This document shows positions 10,993-21,190 of a DNA stretch of 32,000 nt, piece by piece. The notes beneath the pieces are model-generated. The model made no database searches, had not been told where the DNA came from, and saw only the letters and a list, made by a program, of their open reading frames with translations. Numbering within the stretch: position 1 is the first letter of the stretch; the number at the start of each line of letters is the position of its first letter. The DNA lies in the NCBI RefSeq assembly GCF_016592615.1, contig NZ_AP013043.1, positions 1,415,998 to 1,447,997 on the forward strand. Reading direction: 5' to 3'. Both the position numbers and the translations under genes were made by a program. The DNA comes from Isorropodon fossajaponicum endosymbiont JTNG4 (GTDB lineage Bacteria; Pseudomonadota; Gammaproteobacteria; PS1; Pseudothioglobaceae).

Positions 10993-12245
10993 TGAAGTGG
11001 TTTAGTTTACTGTTGATTTTATTAGCACCACTTGTTCATAGTGGACAAAGCACCGAGTTTGAATTAATATCAGGCGATACAATCAGTGCTGATGTTTATT
11101 CAGCAGACACACAAGTGTTATTTTTATGTTTGCCTTCTGAACGTGGTTTTAGCAAGGGCTATGTACCCACAGTACAACAATTAGCATTTTTTGATGTTGA
11201 TAATGTTGATGTTTGGGCGCTTGACCTTCATAGTAGTTACATGGTACCAAAACATCGCAGCAGCATTAATCGGTTTAAGGTTAAAGATGTGCTTGAAATT
11301 ATATCAACTGCCGAACGTAAAGGCTTTGAAAAAATATTTTTTCTAACCTCGGGTAGAGGCGCACAATTGGCGCTTAAAATTGCACATCAGTGGCAATTAG
11401 AAAATCCTAAATCTAGTTTGATTAAAGGGCACATCTTTCATTCGCCACATTTGATTCATGGCAAGCTAGAGTTAGGCACTAAAGCTAAATATGTTGATAT
11501 TTCAACGGTTAGCAACTTGCCTATTTATTTGTTATTACCACAATTTAGTACTAAATATTTTAGAGCAGATGAAATCTCTGAGCAATTAAAAATAGGGGGC
11601 AGTTCCGTATTTACACATCGATTAAAAGGAGCGCATGGTTGGTTTCATATGCACGATGAGAAAGACTTAAGACCCATGGATTTAAAGGCCAAAGAAAGTT
11701 TGAGTAATACTTATGTACTTGCTATGAATTTGATGAGCACTGTTGATATTCCCAAAGTAGTAACGCTAAAAAAACAAACTAAGAATAGCCAAAGCCTTTC
11801 GTTTGGCAAGCCTGTACTGAAGCTTTATAAAGGTAAATCAAACATAAGTCTTAAGTTCAAGTCAATTGATGGGCAATTATTAAATATTAAAGACTTTGAT
11901 AATCAAGTGATCTTAATTAATTTTTGGGCGAATTGGTGCAAACCCTGTGTGAAAGAAATTCCATCATTGGTTAGGTTGCAAACTATACTGAAAGATAAGC
12001 CATTTAAGATTCTTACGGTGAATGTCGGCGAGTCAAAACAAGAAATAGACGCGTCCATGAAAAAAGTAAAGTTTGATTTACCAATTATGCTTGACCACTC
12101 TGGACAGGCGGTGAAAGATTGGGATGTGTATGCTTATCCATCTAATTTTTTTCTGGATAAAAATGGCAAAATTAGATACACTTACCGCGGCGCACTAGAG
12201 TGGGATGCTAAGCCAATTGTTAAAACCATTCAGTCATTATTTTAG
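10992..12245 (+). CDS. secreted two-domain protein: N-terminal domain of unknown function fused to a TlpA/ResA-like thioredoxin domain
   Basis: 417 aa. Signal peptide MKWFSLLLILLAPLVHSG. The C-terminal roughly 140 aa carry ILINFWANWCKPCVKEIPSL (CxxC) and YPSNFFLDKNGKI, typical of TlpA-like thiol:disulfide oxidoreductases. Confidence 0.7.
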   Translation: MKWFSLLLILLAPLVHSGQSTEFELISGDTISADVYSADTQVLFLCLPSERGFSKGYVPTVQQLAFFDVDNVDVWALDLHSSYMVPKHRSSINRFKVKDVLEIISTAERKGFEKIFFLTSGRGAQLALKIAHQWQLENPKSSLIKGHIFHSPHLIHGKLELGTKAKYVDISTVSNLPIYLLLPQFSTKYFRADEISEQLKIGGSSVFTHRLKGAHGWFHMHDEKDLRPMDLKAKESLSNTYVLAMNLMSTVDIPKVVTLKKQTKNSQSLSFGKPVLKLYKGKSNISLKFKSIDGQLLNIKDFDNQVILINFWANWCKPCVKEIPSLVRLQTILKDKPFKILTVNVGESKQEIDASMKKVKFDLPIMLDHSGQAVKDWDVYAYPSNFFLDKNGKIRYTYRGALEWDAKPIVKTIQSLF

Positions 12246-13432
12246 TGCCTTATGAGGTTGTTATTATTGGTGCAGGTGCAGCAGGGCTTATGTGTGCAAT
12301 TGAGGCGGGTAAGCGGCATAAAAAAGTTTTAGTTATTGATAAAGCCAATAAAGCAGGTAAAAAAATTCTTATCTCAGGGGGTGGTCGTTGTAATTTTACT
12401 AATCTTGCCATTGAGCCAGAGGCTTATTTATCACACAACCCACATTTTCATAAATCTGCACTGGCGCGTTATACGCAGTGGGATTTTATAAAATTGATGA
12501 ATAAGCACAATCTAAGTTGGCATGAAAAAACACAAGGCCAGTTGTTTTGCGATCAAAAATCAGCTGCAATCTTACAAATGTTATTGAATGAGTGTATCCA
12601 AGTAGGAGTTGATTTTGTTTTTAACGTTTTAGTAACAAGTCTAGAGTTCGATACTAAATACAACCTTAAAACCAATCAAGGTGATTATCAAGCAAATACT
12701 TTGGTCATTGCAACTGGTGGCGCTTCTATTCCTAAAATAGGTGCTACTGATTTTGGCTTGCAAGTTGCTAAGCAATTTAATATTAACACGACTGATTTTA
12801 CCCCAGCACTGGTGCCATTGACTTTCCATGTTAATGATATTAATCGTTACTTCAAAGGTTTATCAGGTTTGTCGTTAGAGGTGGTGGTTGGATGTAACGG
12901 ACAATCCTTTCGAGATTTTATTTTAATAACGCACAAAGGTATTAGTGGTCCTGCTATTTTACAAATCTCTTTATTTTGGCATTCAAGTGACAAGCTAAGC
13001 ATTAATTTATTGCCAGACATTGACGCAACTGATTGGTTAATTGCACAACAACAAACGCGAGGTAAAGCAACATTAAAAACCGTTTTATCAGTACACTTTC
13101 CTAAACGACTTGCGCAGCGACTAGCAAATACATTATTATTAACCCCACTGGAAAACACACCACTGGGTCAAATTAATAAAAGTGAGCTTTCTCTTTTTGG
13201 GCGTGCGCTTAATAATTGGCAACTTTATCCAAATGCCGCTGAGGGCTTACGTGTTGCTGAGGTGTGCTTAGGTGGGGTTGATACCAATGAGTTATCCTCC
13301 AAAACCATGCAAGTTAAAAAGCAACCTAGTCTATATTTTATTGGTGAAACTGTTGATGTGACAGGTCAATTAGGCGGTTATAATTTCCAATGGGCTTGGT
13401 CATCTGGCTGGGTGGCTGGGCAGATGGTTTAG
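12245..13432 (+). CDS. HI0933/YhiN (BaiN-like) family NAD(P)/FAD-dependent flavoprotein
   Basis: 395 aa. The GTG start overlaps the upstream TAG. Motifs VIIGAGAAGLMCA, ISGGGRCNFTN and a C-terminal GETVDVTGQLGGYNFQWAWSSG are present. Confidence 0.85.
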   Translation: MPYEVVIIGAGAAGLMCAIEAGKRHKKVLVIDKANKAGKKILISGGGRCNFTNLAIEPEAYLSHNPHFHKSALARYTQWDFIKLMNKHNLSWHEKTQGQLFCDQKSAAILQMLLNECIQVGVDFVFNVLVTSLEFDTKYNLKTNQGDYQANTLVIATGGASIPKIGATDFGLQVAKQFNINTTDFTPALVPLTFHVNDINRYFKGLSGLSLEVVVGCNGQSFRDFILITHKGISGPAILQISLFWHSSDKLSINLLPDIDATDWLIAQQQTRGKATLKTVLSVHFPKRLAQRLANTLLLTPLENTPLGQINKSELSLFGRALNNWQLYPNAAEGLRVAEVCLGGVDTNELSSKTMQVKKQPSLYFIGETVDVTGQLGGYNFQWAWSSGWVAGQMV

Positions 13433-13467
13433 TTTAAGAAGGTAATAACTTAAAGACAAGGGATGGC

Positions 13468-13986
13468 ATGTTTGCATCTAGTGATAAAATTAAAGGCTAT
13501 GAGGTACTTGTGTTCAATGAGCGCGAGGTAAGAGCAGCAACAGGCATTGTATTTTTGTTTGATTTTTTTAAATCCTAAATATGCCCCATCCATGGTCATG
13601 GGTCGTTGGATGGTTAATAACCAAACACCAGAATACGTTGGTGCGCCACAAAAAAGATGGGCATGGGCTTTGTTTTGGCACTTATTATGTTTTATTTAGT
13701 GGTGCTTAATAATGTTCGAGGGCCGGTTAATATTCTTGTTTGTGCTTCGTGTTTGGGGTTATTATTCTTTGAAGTAGTGTTTGGTATTTATGTGGGTTGT
13801 AAAATTTATAACCTATGTCACAAGCAAGAGGCTCAATATTGTCCAGGAGGACCGTGTGATTTAAGCAAAGCACGGATATCAATTCAAAGCTTAAATTTAG
13901 CACAAAAGGCAATATTTGCTTTATCAGTACTGGCGCTTCTTTACTTAATATTTGGTGATATTGTTGAGTTTTTTATTTTTAATTAA
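13468..13986 (+). pseudogene. DUF4395-family membrane protein, two frameshifts plus probable internal deletion
   Basis: Frame 1: MFASSDKIKGYEVLVFNEREVRAATGIVFLFDFF, up to the T7 run 13563-13569. Frame 2: NPKYAPSMVMGRWMVNNQTPEYVGAPQKRWAWA. Back to frame 1 near 13655-13665: GFVLALIMFYLVV...CKIYNL...AQYCPGGPCD. From my memory of the family, about 35 aa are missing between FLFDFF and NPKYAPS. Confidence 0.6.
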
Positions 13987-14002
13987 TCATAAGGAGGCCC
14001 CT

Positions 14003-14320
14003 ATGAAAAACTTAAAGACATTAGCAAGTTCGTTGGTTTTAATACTTGGCAGCAGTTTACTGTCATTTTCTTTTTTTGCTGTTAATAACAATACTGTTAA
14101 AGAAGAAAACACAACAACAAAATCAGTTGAAGAGTGCCGGCACCAAGCTGGGCAATTGCTATTGGTCATGAACAAAAATGGAGGTTGCACAATGGCTGCC
14201 CTACTAAACAAGAGCCTCAGCAAGAAAAGAAAAACAGTTCTAAATAATGGCGTACTGGTATTTAGCAATAGCAATTATCGCGTAAGTTATTGCAACCAGT
14301 GCGCTCAAAGCTTCAACTGA
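14003..14320 (+). CDS. hypothetical secreted Cys-containing protein (105 aa)
   Basis: AAGGAGG at 13991-13997 lies 5 nt before ATG 14003. Signal peptide MKNLKTLASSLVLILGSSLLSFSFFA. Four Cys residues in the mature part. Ends 23 nt before an IS fragment. Confidence 0.45.
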   Translation: MKNLKTLASSLVLILGSSLLSFSFFAVNNNTVKEENTTTKSVEECRHQAGQLLLVMNKNGGCTMAALLNKSLSKKRKTVLNNGVLVFSNSNYRVSYCNQCAQSFN

Positions 14321-14343
14321 GTTTACAAAACTACTACCAAGTT

Positions 14344-14467
14344 TGCAATGCTCTAACCTACTTGGACACATTTCAAGCCGCTTTTTTCAATTCAGCCATC
14401 TTTTGAGCAGGTGTTAAATACCCAATCGCTGAATGAATCCTTTTGTAATTATACAAGTAGATATAAC
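14344..14467 (-). mobile_element. 124-bp right-end fragment of the IS3-family element found complete at 25838-27137
   Basis: By eye, an identical reverse complement of 27014-27137. It includes the terminal TGCAATGCTCTAACCTACTTGGACACA and the last 27 transposase codons (LYNYKRIHSAIGYLTPAQKMAELKKAA). Confidence 0.85.
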
Positions 14468-15077
14468 TCAGACCCTGTAAACCAGATTGTGTAAACCCTC
14501 ATATTTTATAATCCCCGAAAAGGAGAAAAAACATGAGTAACACAATACCAAGAAACAAAAAAAAGCAACTTAACAACACAGGCATCAACCAGAAAAAGCT
14601 CCGTGCTTTTGCTGATGAACTTGCCAAAGACATCCACACCCAAGATGATTTAGCAGATCTAGCTGCTTCACTGGTTAAAATGACCATTGAAGCAGCATTA
14701 GGTGCTGAGATGGAACATCATCTTGGTTATCCAAAATATGGGCAAAATAGCAGCGAGCTTAATACAGACAGCAATGCTCGTAATGGCTATTACCCTAAAA
14801 CCGTCAAAGGCAATCATGGTGAAGTTGAACTTGCTATCCCAAGAGACCGCAGAGGTAGCTTTGAACCTTTAATTATTGAAAAAGGTCAAACGCCGATTGG
14901 GTGCTTTTGATAGTCAGATATTAAGCCTATATGCCAAAGGCATAGGTACCCGTGACATCGTCTCAACCTTTAAAGAAATGTATGATGTAGACATCTCAGC
15001 AACATTGGTATCCAATGTCACTCAGCAGGCGGTTATCACCCAAGCGATTGAATGGCGTAATCGTCCACTTGATGAAA
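14468..15077 (+). mobile_element. IS256-family element, left part only (truncated by IS3-family insertion)
   Basis: The left boundary is taken as the junction with the IS3 fragment. The region contains the N-terminal third of a Mutator/IS256-type transposase. Homology stops at NRPLDEM, where the next IS begins. Confidence 0.75.
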
Positions 15078-15082
15078 TGTAA
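14533..15082 (+). pseudogene. IS256-family transposase, N-terminal about 180 codons, frameshifted
   Basis: LGAEMEHHLGYPKY...RNGYYPKTVKGNHGEVELAIPRDRRGSFEPLIIEKGQT, then a frameshift near 14890-14896, then RRLGAFDSQILSLYAKGIGTRDIVSTFKEMYDVDISATLVSNVT...WRNRPLD. The catalytic DDE region is absent. Confidence 0.8.
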
Positions 15083-15144
15083 TACCCCAAAAAACCACCA
15101 TTCTAAAGTAGAAAATTCTATAATAAAAAATAAGGAGTTTTCAC

Positions 15145-15414
15145 ATGAAAAAATCAAGATATACAGAGTCATAAATAGTCAACATACTCAAACAAAACCA
15201 ATCAGGCATATCTGTGGCTGATCTATGCCGTGAATACGCAATGTCTCAAGCCACATTTTACAAATGGAGATCTAAATACGGTGATACAGATTTTGTCTCT
15301 ATGGTTAAACGCTTAAAAGAGCTAGAATCAGAAAATGCTCAATTCAAGCGTATGTATGCTGAGAGTGAGTTGAAACTGCAAATTACAAAGGATGCCTTAG
15401 CAAAAAAGTTCTAA
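15145..15414 (+). pseudogene. IS3-family OrfA (HTH) with in-frame TAA
   Basis: MKKSRYTES, then TAA (15172-15174) where homologues have Gln, then IVNILKQNQSGISVADLCREYAMSQATFYKWRSKYG...LKELESEN. Confidence 0.8.
15402..15408 (+). promoter_or_regulatory. A AAA AAG -1 ribosomal frameshift heptamer of the IS3-family element
   Basis: GCA AAA AAG in the orfA frame, 6 nt before the orfA stop. The -1 frame reads KKVLKPSQWRE, the usual OrfB entry. Confidence 0.6.
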
Positions 15415-16215
15415 AGCCATCCCAGTGGCGTGAGGATGGCTTTAAACATCAATGAACAAAATAAGAACACAAGTATCAAACTTATTTACGAAGTTTGTAG
15501 CATTAGTAAAAGCACTTATTATTATCAACCAAAACTCAGTGATGACAATGCTTTAATTGCCGATTGTCTACTGCGCTTAACCGCAACGCACAAGCGTTGG
15601 GGTTTTAAACTGTGCTATTTATATCTACGTAATGTTAAAGACTACAAATTTAACCATAAACGAGTGTATCGCATTTACCAAGAACTGGAGCTCAATCTAA
15701 GAATCAAGCCAAGAAGAAGAATCAAAAGAGATAAACCCGAAGCACTGAGTGTGCCAACAACTATTAACCAAACTTGGTCAATGGATTTTATGTCAGACTC
15801 ACTCACTGATGGCAGGCACATTAGAACTTTTAATGTTGTCGATGATTACAATCGGGAAGGCTTGAATATTGATGTGGACTTGTCCATGCCAGCAAGACGA
15901 GTTATTCAATCATTAGAACGTTTGATTCAGTGGCGTGGCAAGCCCAAGGCTATCAGATGTGATAATGGTCCTGAATACATTAGCCAAGCATTAAGAGACT
16001 GGGTACAAGCCTTAGGTATTGAGTTAATGTACATCCAACCAGGTAAGCCAACTCAAAATGCCTACATTGAGAGATTTAACCGTACAGTAAGACAAGAGTG
16101 TTTAGATCTGCATTTGTTTGATTCTGTTGAGCAAGCACAAGATGCAACCACACAGTGGTTATGGGTTTATAATAACGAACGACCGCACTTTGCCCTAGGT
16201 GGCGTGATAAGATGA
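15402..16215 (+). pseudogene. IS3-family OrfB (DDE integrase-like), frameshifted near its start
   Basis: The -1 frame from the heptamer stops after KKVLKPSQWREDGFKHQ. The long ORF (15430-16215) is in the orfA frame instead, implying a 1-nt indel near 15428-15436. DDE-type motifs are present (WSMDFMSD, DNGPEYIS, NAYIERFNRTVRQE, YNNERPH). Confidence 0.75.
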
Positions 16216-16387
16216 CTAGCCTCTACTTTAGAGTTGTATGGAAAATTGGGATATTAAACACTTGCCGCACCTGATTTTCAAGTTGAAATGGAACTTGTTG
16301 TAAGACTTCCAGATTAATCCTCATTAGGTAATTTGCCAGTTCTTTAAATTCAAGCGTTATAACTCTTAAGAAAAGAAAAATCGTAAA

Positions 16388-16955
16388 ATGAAGCAAATCA
16401 ACATCCAATATTACAAAACAAAAATTGGCGAACTAATTCTTGGTTCTTATGATGACAAACTTTGTATTCTTGATTTTAGATACCGACAAATGAGAACAAC
16501 TATTGATAATAGAATTAAAAATGGATTAAAAGCTTAATTTATAGAACGGAATGACAAAATTTTAACAAAAACTAAAAAACAACTTAACAGTTATCTTGCA
16601 GGTAATAGAAATTTTTTTTGATATTCCTTTATTGTTAGTAGGTACTAATTTTCAAAAAAAATGTTTGGCGCGCTAATAAAAATACCATATGGTATTACCT
16701 CAACTTACTTACAACTAGCGAAAAAATATTAATAATGAAAAAGCTGTTCGGGTAGTTGCTAGCGCAAACGGTGCAAACTCTATTAGCGTTATCATTCCTT
16801 GTCATCGTATTATTGGCAGTAATGGAGAACTGGTTGGTTATGGCGGTGAATTATCAATTAAAAAACGCTTGTTAAATTTAGAAAAAAAAATAACAATTCA
16901 AGACGAGTCATTTCCAAATGACATGCAAATAGATTGTGTTTTCTACTCTATTTAA
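16388..16955 (+). pseudogene. ogt: methylated-DNA--protein-cysteine methyltransferase (Ogt/MGMT), multiply disrupted
   Basis: MKQINIQYYKTKIGELILGSYDDKLCILDF..., with TAA at 16535-16537. Frameshifts at the T8 run 16612-16619, the A8 run 16654-16661 and near 16725-16735. The last frame reads KAVRVVASANGANSISVIIPCHRIIGSNGELVGYGGELSIKKRLLNLE, containing the PCHR active-site motif. No + strand ORF of 60 aa or more survives here. Confidence 0.8.
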
Positions 16956-18273
16956 AAATGTTTGATAGTTTTTCAGCGTCTTGCTGAGCAATAATTTTAT
17001 CTTTAGCTTCAACCATTACTCTTATAAGTGGCTCTGTGCCTGAAACGCGAATTAATACTCGACCCTCATCACCAAGTGTTTGCTCAACTTCGAGTTGAGT
17101 TTGTTGTAGCTTGGTGTGATTTTCAAGATTAATTCTTGTTTGGGTTTTGACATTAATTAAAACTTGGGGATATTTACTCATTGATTGCTTTAACTTAGCA
17201 AGGCTGGATTGGCTTTTTGCCAGTACTTCTAATACTTGCAAAGCAGAAATAATGCCATCGCCAGAGGTGGTTTTATTCAGGCATATAATATGCCCTGAAC
17301 CTTCGCCACCTAATATTGAGCCGCTTTTTTGCATTTGCTCCATCACAAAGCGATCGCCCACATCAGCCTCAATAAATTTAATGTCTAAATCTCTTAGTGC
17401 GTGGCGCATGCCTAAGTTGCTCATTTTTGTGCCAACCACTGTGTTATTAACCAGCCTACCTTGAGATTGCCAAGCCTTGGCAATAATAAATACCAGCTCG
17501 TCACCATCAACCAACTCACCATTTTCATCAACCATCATTAAGCGATCGCCATCGCCATCAAAGGCAATGCCCAAATCTGCTTTTGACTCTAATACCACTT
17601 GTTGCAGGTGTTTGGTGTCGGTTGCGCCACAATGCTCATTAATATTAAAGCCATCTGGCGTGTTGTTGATGATATTAATATTTGCACCCAGTTCTGAAAA
17701 CACGCTTTGGGCAATGTGATAAGTAGCGCCATTTGCACAATCAATGACGATATTAAGCCCTAAAAGACTTTGTGTTCGGTCAAAAGTTGATTTGCAAAAT
17801 TCGATATAACGCCCAAGCGGTTGTTCGTGTCTATGGGCTTTGCCAATCTTGTCAGCCCCTACGCTAACCATGGGCTCGGCTAATTTTTTCTCAATTTCGC
17901 TTTGGTCTTGGCTGCTTAATTTAAGACCTTTGGCAGAAAAAAACTTAACACCATTGTCTTGAAAATGATTGTGTGAAGCGCTAATGACTACGCCAGCATT
18001 GGCATTATAAGTTTGCGTTAGGTAGGCAACTGCAGGTGTTGGCATCGGACCTAGCAAGCCAACATCAACACCGGCGGATAAAAACCCAGCCTCAAGCGCA
18101 GATTCAAATAAATAACCAGATACGCGAGTGTCTTTGCCAATAATAACACTGGCTTTACCTTGTTTGGCTAGTACCGAACCAACTGCCCAGCCTAATTTTA
18201 AGAAAAAATCAGCGGTAATAGGCTCAACACCTACCTTGCCACGTATGCCATCAGTACCAAAATAATTACCCAA
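16948..18273 (-). CDS. glmM: phosphoglucosamine mutase
   Basis: 441 aa. Motifs YFGTDGIRG, the phosphoserine loop [11 protein letters not shown], and GDGDR are present. Apparent TTG start 1 nt after the folP stop. Confidence 0.93.
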   Translation of the reverse strand: MGNYFGTDGIRGKVGVEPITADFFLKLGWAVGSVLAKQGKASVIIGKDTRVSGYLFESALEAGFLSAGVDVGLLGPMPTPAVAYLTQTYNANAGVVISASHNHFQDNGVKFFSAKGLKLSSQDQSEIEKKLAEPMVSVGADKIGKAHRHEQPLGRYIEFCKSTFDRTQSLLGLNIVIDCANGATYHIAQSVFSELGANINIINNTPDGFNINEHCGATDTKHLQQVVLESKADLGIAFDGDGDRLMMVDENGELVDGDELVFIIAKAWQSQGRLVNNTVVGTKMSNLGMRHALRDLDIKFIEADVGDRFVMEQMQKSGSILGGEGSGHIICLNKTTSGDGIISALQVLEVLAKSQSSLAKLKQSMSKYPQVLINVKTQTRINLENHTKLQQTQLEVEQTLGDEGRVLIRVSGTEPLIRVMVEAKDKIIAQQDAEKLSNIFK

Positions 18274-18274
18274 T

Positions 18275-19093
18275 TTACTCTCCTGTTACGCTTTGTAAAA
18301 CCTTAAACGCATCTTTAGTTTCTAAAACGTCGTGCACACGTACAATATTTGCACCGTTTTGAGATGCTATTATAGCGGTTGTTACACTACCAATCATTCT
18401 TCCGTCTGTGTTTCTATTATTAAGCATACTACCAATCATTGATTTGCGCGACATACCCACCAAAACCCTCAAACCAAAGCTTTTAAACTCGTCAAGGCGA
18501 CGTAGGATTTCAAGATTGTGATTGAGTGTTTTACCAAAGCCAAAACCCGGGTCTAGAATAATCTTATTTTGGCTAATACCAGCGCCAATGCAAGCCTCAA
18601 TTCTTTGATCAAAAAAATGTTTTACTTCATCAATGACATCTGTATAAACAGGGTTGTTTTGCATTGTTTTAGAGTCGCCTTGCATGTGCATAAGGCACAC
18701 ATCCTTAGCAGTTGATGCCACCACTTCAAGGGATGATTTAGCTTGCAAAGCACGTACATCATTAATCATACTTGCCCCTGCCTCAATGGCAAGTTGCATG
18801 ATTTTTGCTTTTGAAGTGTCAATGGAAATCGGCACACTGATTAATTTAGATAACGCTTTAATAACAGGAATAACACGGCTGACTTCGTCATCAATGGATA
18901 CTTGCAGGGCATTGGGTCTGGTTGACTCGCCACCAATATCAATCATATCAGCACCTTGGTCAACCATTAGTTGAGCCTGATTAATGGCTTTGTCAATGGC
19001 AAGATATTGACCGCCATCTGAAAAAGAATCGGGTGTGACATTAAGCACACCCATAATCATTGCATTAGAAGATTGCATCGTGATGTGGCGCAA
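18275..19093 (-). CDS. folP: dihydropteroate synthase
   Basis: 272-aa ORF with [23 protein letters not shown] and DPGFGFGK. The true start may be the internal ATG at 19078. Confidence 0.9.
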   Translation of the reverse strand: MRHITMQSSNAMIMGVLNVTPDSFSDGGQYLAIDKAINQAQLMVDQGADMIDIGGESTRPNALQVSIDDEVSRVIPVIKALSKLISVPISIDTSKAKIMQLAIEAGASMINDVRALQAKSSLEVVASTAKDVCLMHMQGDSKTMQNNPVYTDVIDEVKHFFDQRIEACIGAGISQNKIILDPGFGFGKTLNHNLEILRRLDEFKSFGLRVLVGMSRKSMIGSMLNNRNTDGRMIGSVTTAIIASQNGANIVRVHDVLETKDAFKVLQSVTGE

Positions 19094-19117
19094 TGTTCAA
19101 AAACAAGAAAAGAAAAA

Positions 19118-21040
19118 CTAAGCGACTTGCTCGGTAGAACTTCCACTTAATGGCTTTTCATCAGAATCTTTATTACCGTTATCCAGCTCAATGCCCGAAC
19201 CCAACTCGGTAGAGGCAACATCAGAATCAACAATCACGGCTGATTCACGTATTGGTTTTCTGTTCATCAAATCAGCAATTTGCTCTTTATCAATGGTTTC
19301 AAACTCCATCAAGGCCTTGCTCATTTCAATTAAGATGTCTTTATTATCTTTTAGAATTTTTGAAGCCATTTGGTAGTTGCTGTCAATAATTTTACGAATT
19401 TCAACGTCAATGGTTTTAAAGGTATCTTCTGAAATGTGCTTGTGCTTGGTGACTTGTCGGCCTAAAAACACTTCACCCTCTTCTTCACCATACGCTAAAG
19501 GTCCTAGCGTCTCAGACATACCCCATTGTTTTACCATTTTGTGTGCAATTTCTGTTGCACGCTCAATATCATTACTTGCACCAGTGGTGACGCTGTCTGC
19601 ACCGTAAATTAACTCTTCTGCAATACGCCCACCAAAAAGTGAGGCCACTTGAGAATTTAACTTGCGTTTAGAAATACTATAACTGTCTTTTTCTGGCAAG
19701 AACATCGTCACACCTAATGCTCTACCTCTTGGAATGATGCTTACTTTATACACAGGGTCATGCTCAGGCACTAACCGACCTACAATGGCGTGACCTGCCT
19801 CATGATAGGCAGTCATTTCTTTTTCGGCTTCATCCATGGCCATAGATTTACGCTCAGAACCCATCATAATTTTATCTTTGGCTTTTTCAAACTCTTGCAT
19901 GCCAACCAATTTTTTGTCCTTACCTGCTGCAATTAACGCAGCCTCATTAGTTAAATTGGCAAGGTCTGCACCAGAAAACCCCGGTGTGCCTTTAGCAATA
20001 TTGATTGATTTAACATTTTTTGCAATGGGTAATTTACGCATGTGGATTTTTAAAATTGCATCACGACCATTAATATCAGGCAAGCCTACCATTACTTGAC
20101 GATCAAAACGACCTGGTCTAAGTAGAGCGGGATCTAATACGTCTGGTCTGTTGGTTGCAGCAATGACAATAACACCTTCTGAGCCTTCAAAGCCATCCAT
20201 TTCAACCAACATTTGGTTTAGTGTTTGCTCACGCTCATCATGACCACCACCCATACCAGCACCACGTTGGCGACCAACAGCGTCAATTTCATCAATAAAA
20301 ATAATGCAGGGTGCATTTTTCTTTGCTTGTTCAAACATATCACGTACACGTGATGCACCAACACCGACAAACATTTCTACAAAATCAGAGCCTGAGATAA
20401 AGAAAAACGGCACGTCGGCTTCGCCCGCAATTGCTTTGGCTAACAAAGTTTTTCCCGTACCTGGAGGACCTATTAAAAGCACCCCTTTGGGGATTTTTCC
20501 ACCTACTTTAGTAAACTTGCCGGGATTAGATAAAAAATCCACCAATTCACTCACATCGTCTTTAGCCTCATCAACACCTGCCACATCATCAAAAGTAGTG
20601 TCAGATTCATCCTTAGTAATCAGGCGTGCTTTAGATTTACCAAAACTCATTGGATTTTTTCCGCCCATTGCACCACCAACACCCTTCATGGTGTAAAGAA
20701 CAACACCAATTAATAATAAAATTGGCGCTAAAGAAATGATTAATTGCTTGAAAAATCCGTCTTTTTCAGGCGGTTTAGCAACCACATTAACGCCGTTGTT
20801 CAATAAATCGCCCATCAGACCTAAATCACCTGGGCTATAAGTTGAAAATTGCTCACCGCCAGCACCCACACCAGTAATATTGCTACCAGCAATCGTTACT
20901 TGGGATACATCGCCTTGCTTGACGCTTTGAATAAACTGAGAATAAGTAATGTCGTTTTTTTGATCGCCCACTTGGAACTGACTAAAAATCGAAGTAAGGA
21001 TACTGCCTAAAACCAACCAAAGTAACAAATTTTTAAACAT
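19118..21040 (-). CDS. ftsH: ATP-dependent zinc metalloprotease FtsH
   Basis: 640 aa. Walker A GPPGTGKT, the SRH region, the HEAGH zinc motif and two N-terminal TM segments are present. Confidence 0.96.
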   Translation of the reverse strand: MFKNLLLWLVLGSILTSIFSQFQVGDQKNDITYSQFIQSVKQGDVSQVTIAGSNITGVGAGGEQFSTYSPGDLGLMGDLLNNGVNVVAKPPEKDGFFKQLIISLAPILLLIGVVLYTMKGVGGAMGGKNPMSFGKSKARLITKDESDTTFDDVAGVDEAKDDVSELVDFLSNPGKFTKVGGKIPKGVLLIGPPGTGKTLLAKAIAGEADVPFFFISGSDFVEMFVGVGASRVRDMFEQAKKNAPCIIFIDEIDAVGRQRGAGMGGGHDEREQTLNQMLVEMDGFEGSEGVIVIAATNRPDVLDPALLRPGRFDRQVMVGLPDINGRDAILKIHMRKLPIAKNVKSINIAKGTPGFSGADLANLTNEAALIAAGKDKKLVGMQEFEKAKDKIMMGSERKSMAMDEAEKEMTAYHEAGHAIVGRLVPEHDPVYKVSIIPRGRALGVTMFLPEKDSYSISKRKLNSQVASLFGGRIAEELIYGADSVTTGASNDIERATEIAHKMVKQWGMSETLGPLAYGEEEGEVFLGRQVTKHKHISEDTFKTIDVEIRKIIDSNYQMASKILKDNKDILIEMSKALMEFETIDKEQIADLMNRKPIRESAVIVDSDVASTELGSGIELDNGNKDSDEKPLSGSSTEQVA

Positions 21041-21190
21041 AATGTAAAAAATATTGAAAAAAAATAAGAGGATAACTATACCCTATTGTGCACCTATATA
21101 TGGTCTGATGGCGTTTTTTCAAGGTTTATCTACAAATAAATTAAAATTCTGTCATAATTCTTAATTTAATTAAATAGATACTTTTGAATC

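Larger units (their letters stand above)
15078..16260 (+). mobile_element. IS3-family insertion sequence (IS407/IS2-like organisation), degenerate
   Basis: Imperfect terminal inverted repeats: TGTAATACCCC...TCTAAAGTAGA at 15078 onward, and TCTACTTTAGA...GGGATATTAAACA ending at 16260. orfA and orfB lie inside. Confidence 0.8.

Noticed and set aside
14288-14299. 12-nt match ATTGCAACCAGT at 14289-14300 and at the IS3-A right junction (27132-27143), which could have been a second IS end or a target-site signature.
   Set aside because: A 12-mer match is expected by chance many times in an AT-rich 32-kb window compared with itself on both strands, and there is no further similarity on either side.
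16261-16387. Whether the sequence after the IS3-B right end continues the interrupted IS256 transposase, or encodes the tracked minus-strand ORF 16223-16408.
   Set aside because: None of the three + frames continues the expected IS256 sequence (YPIV.LD...). The minus ORF spans the IS end and has no recognisable similarity. I treated it as non-coding or ogt promoter region.
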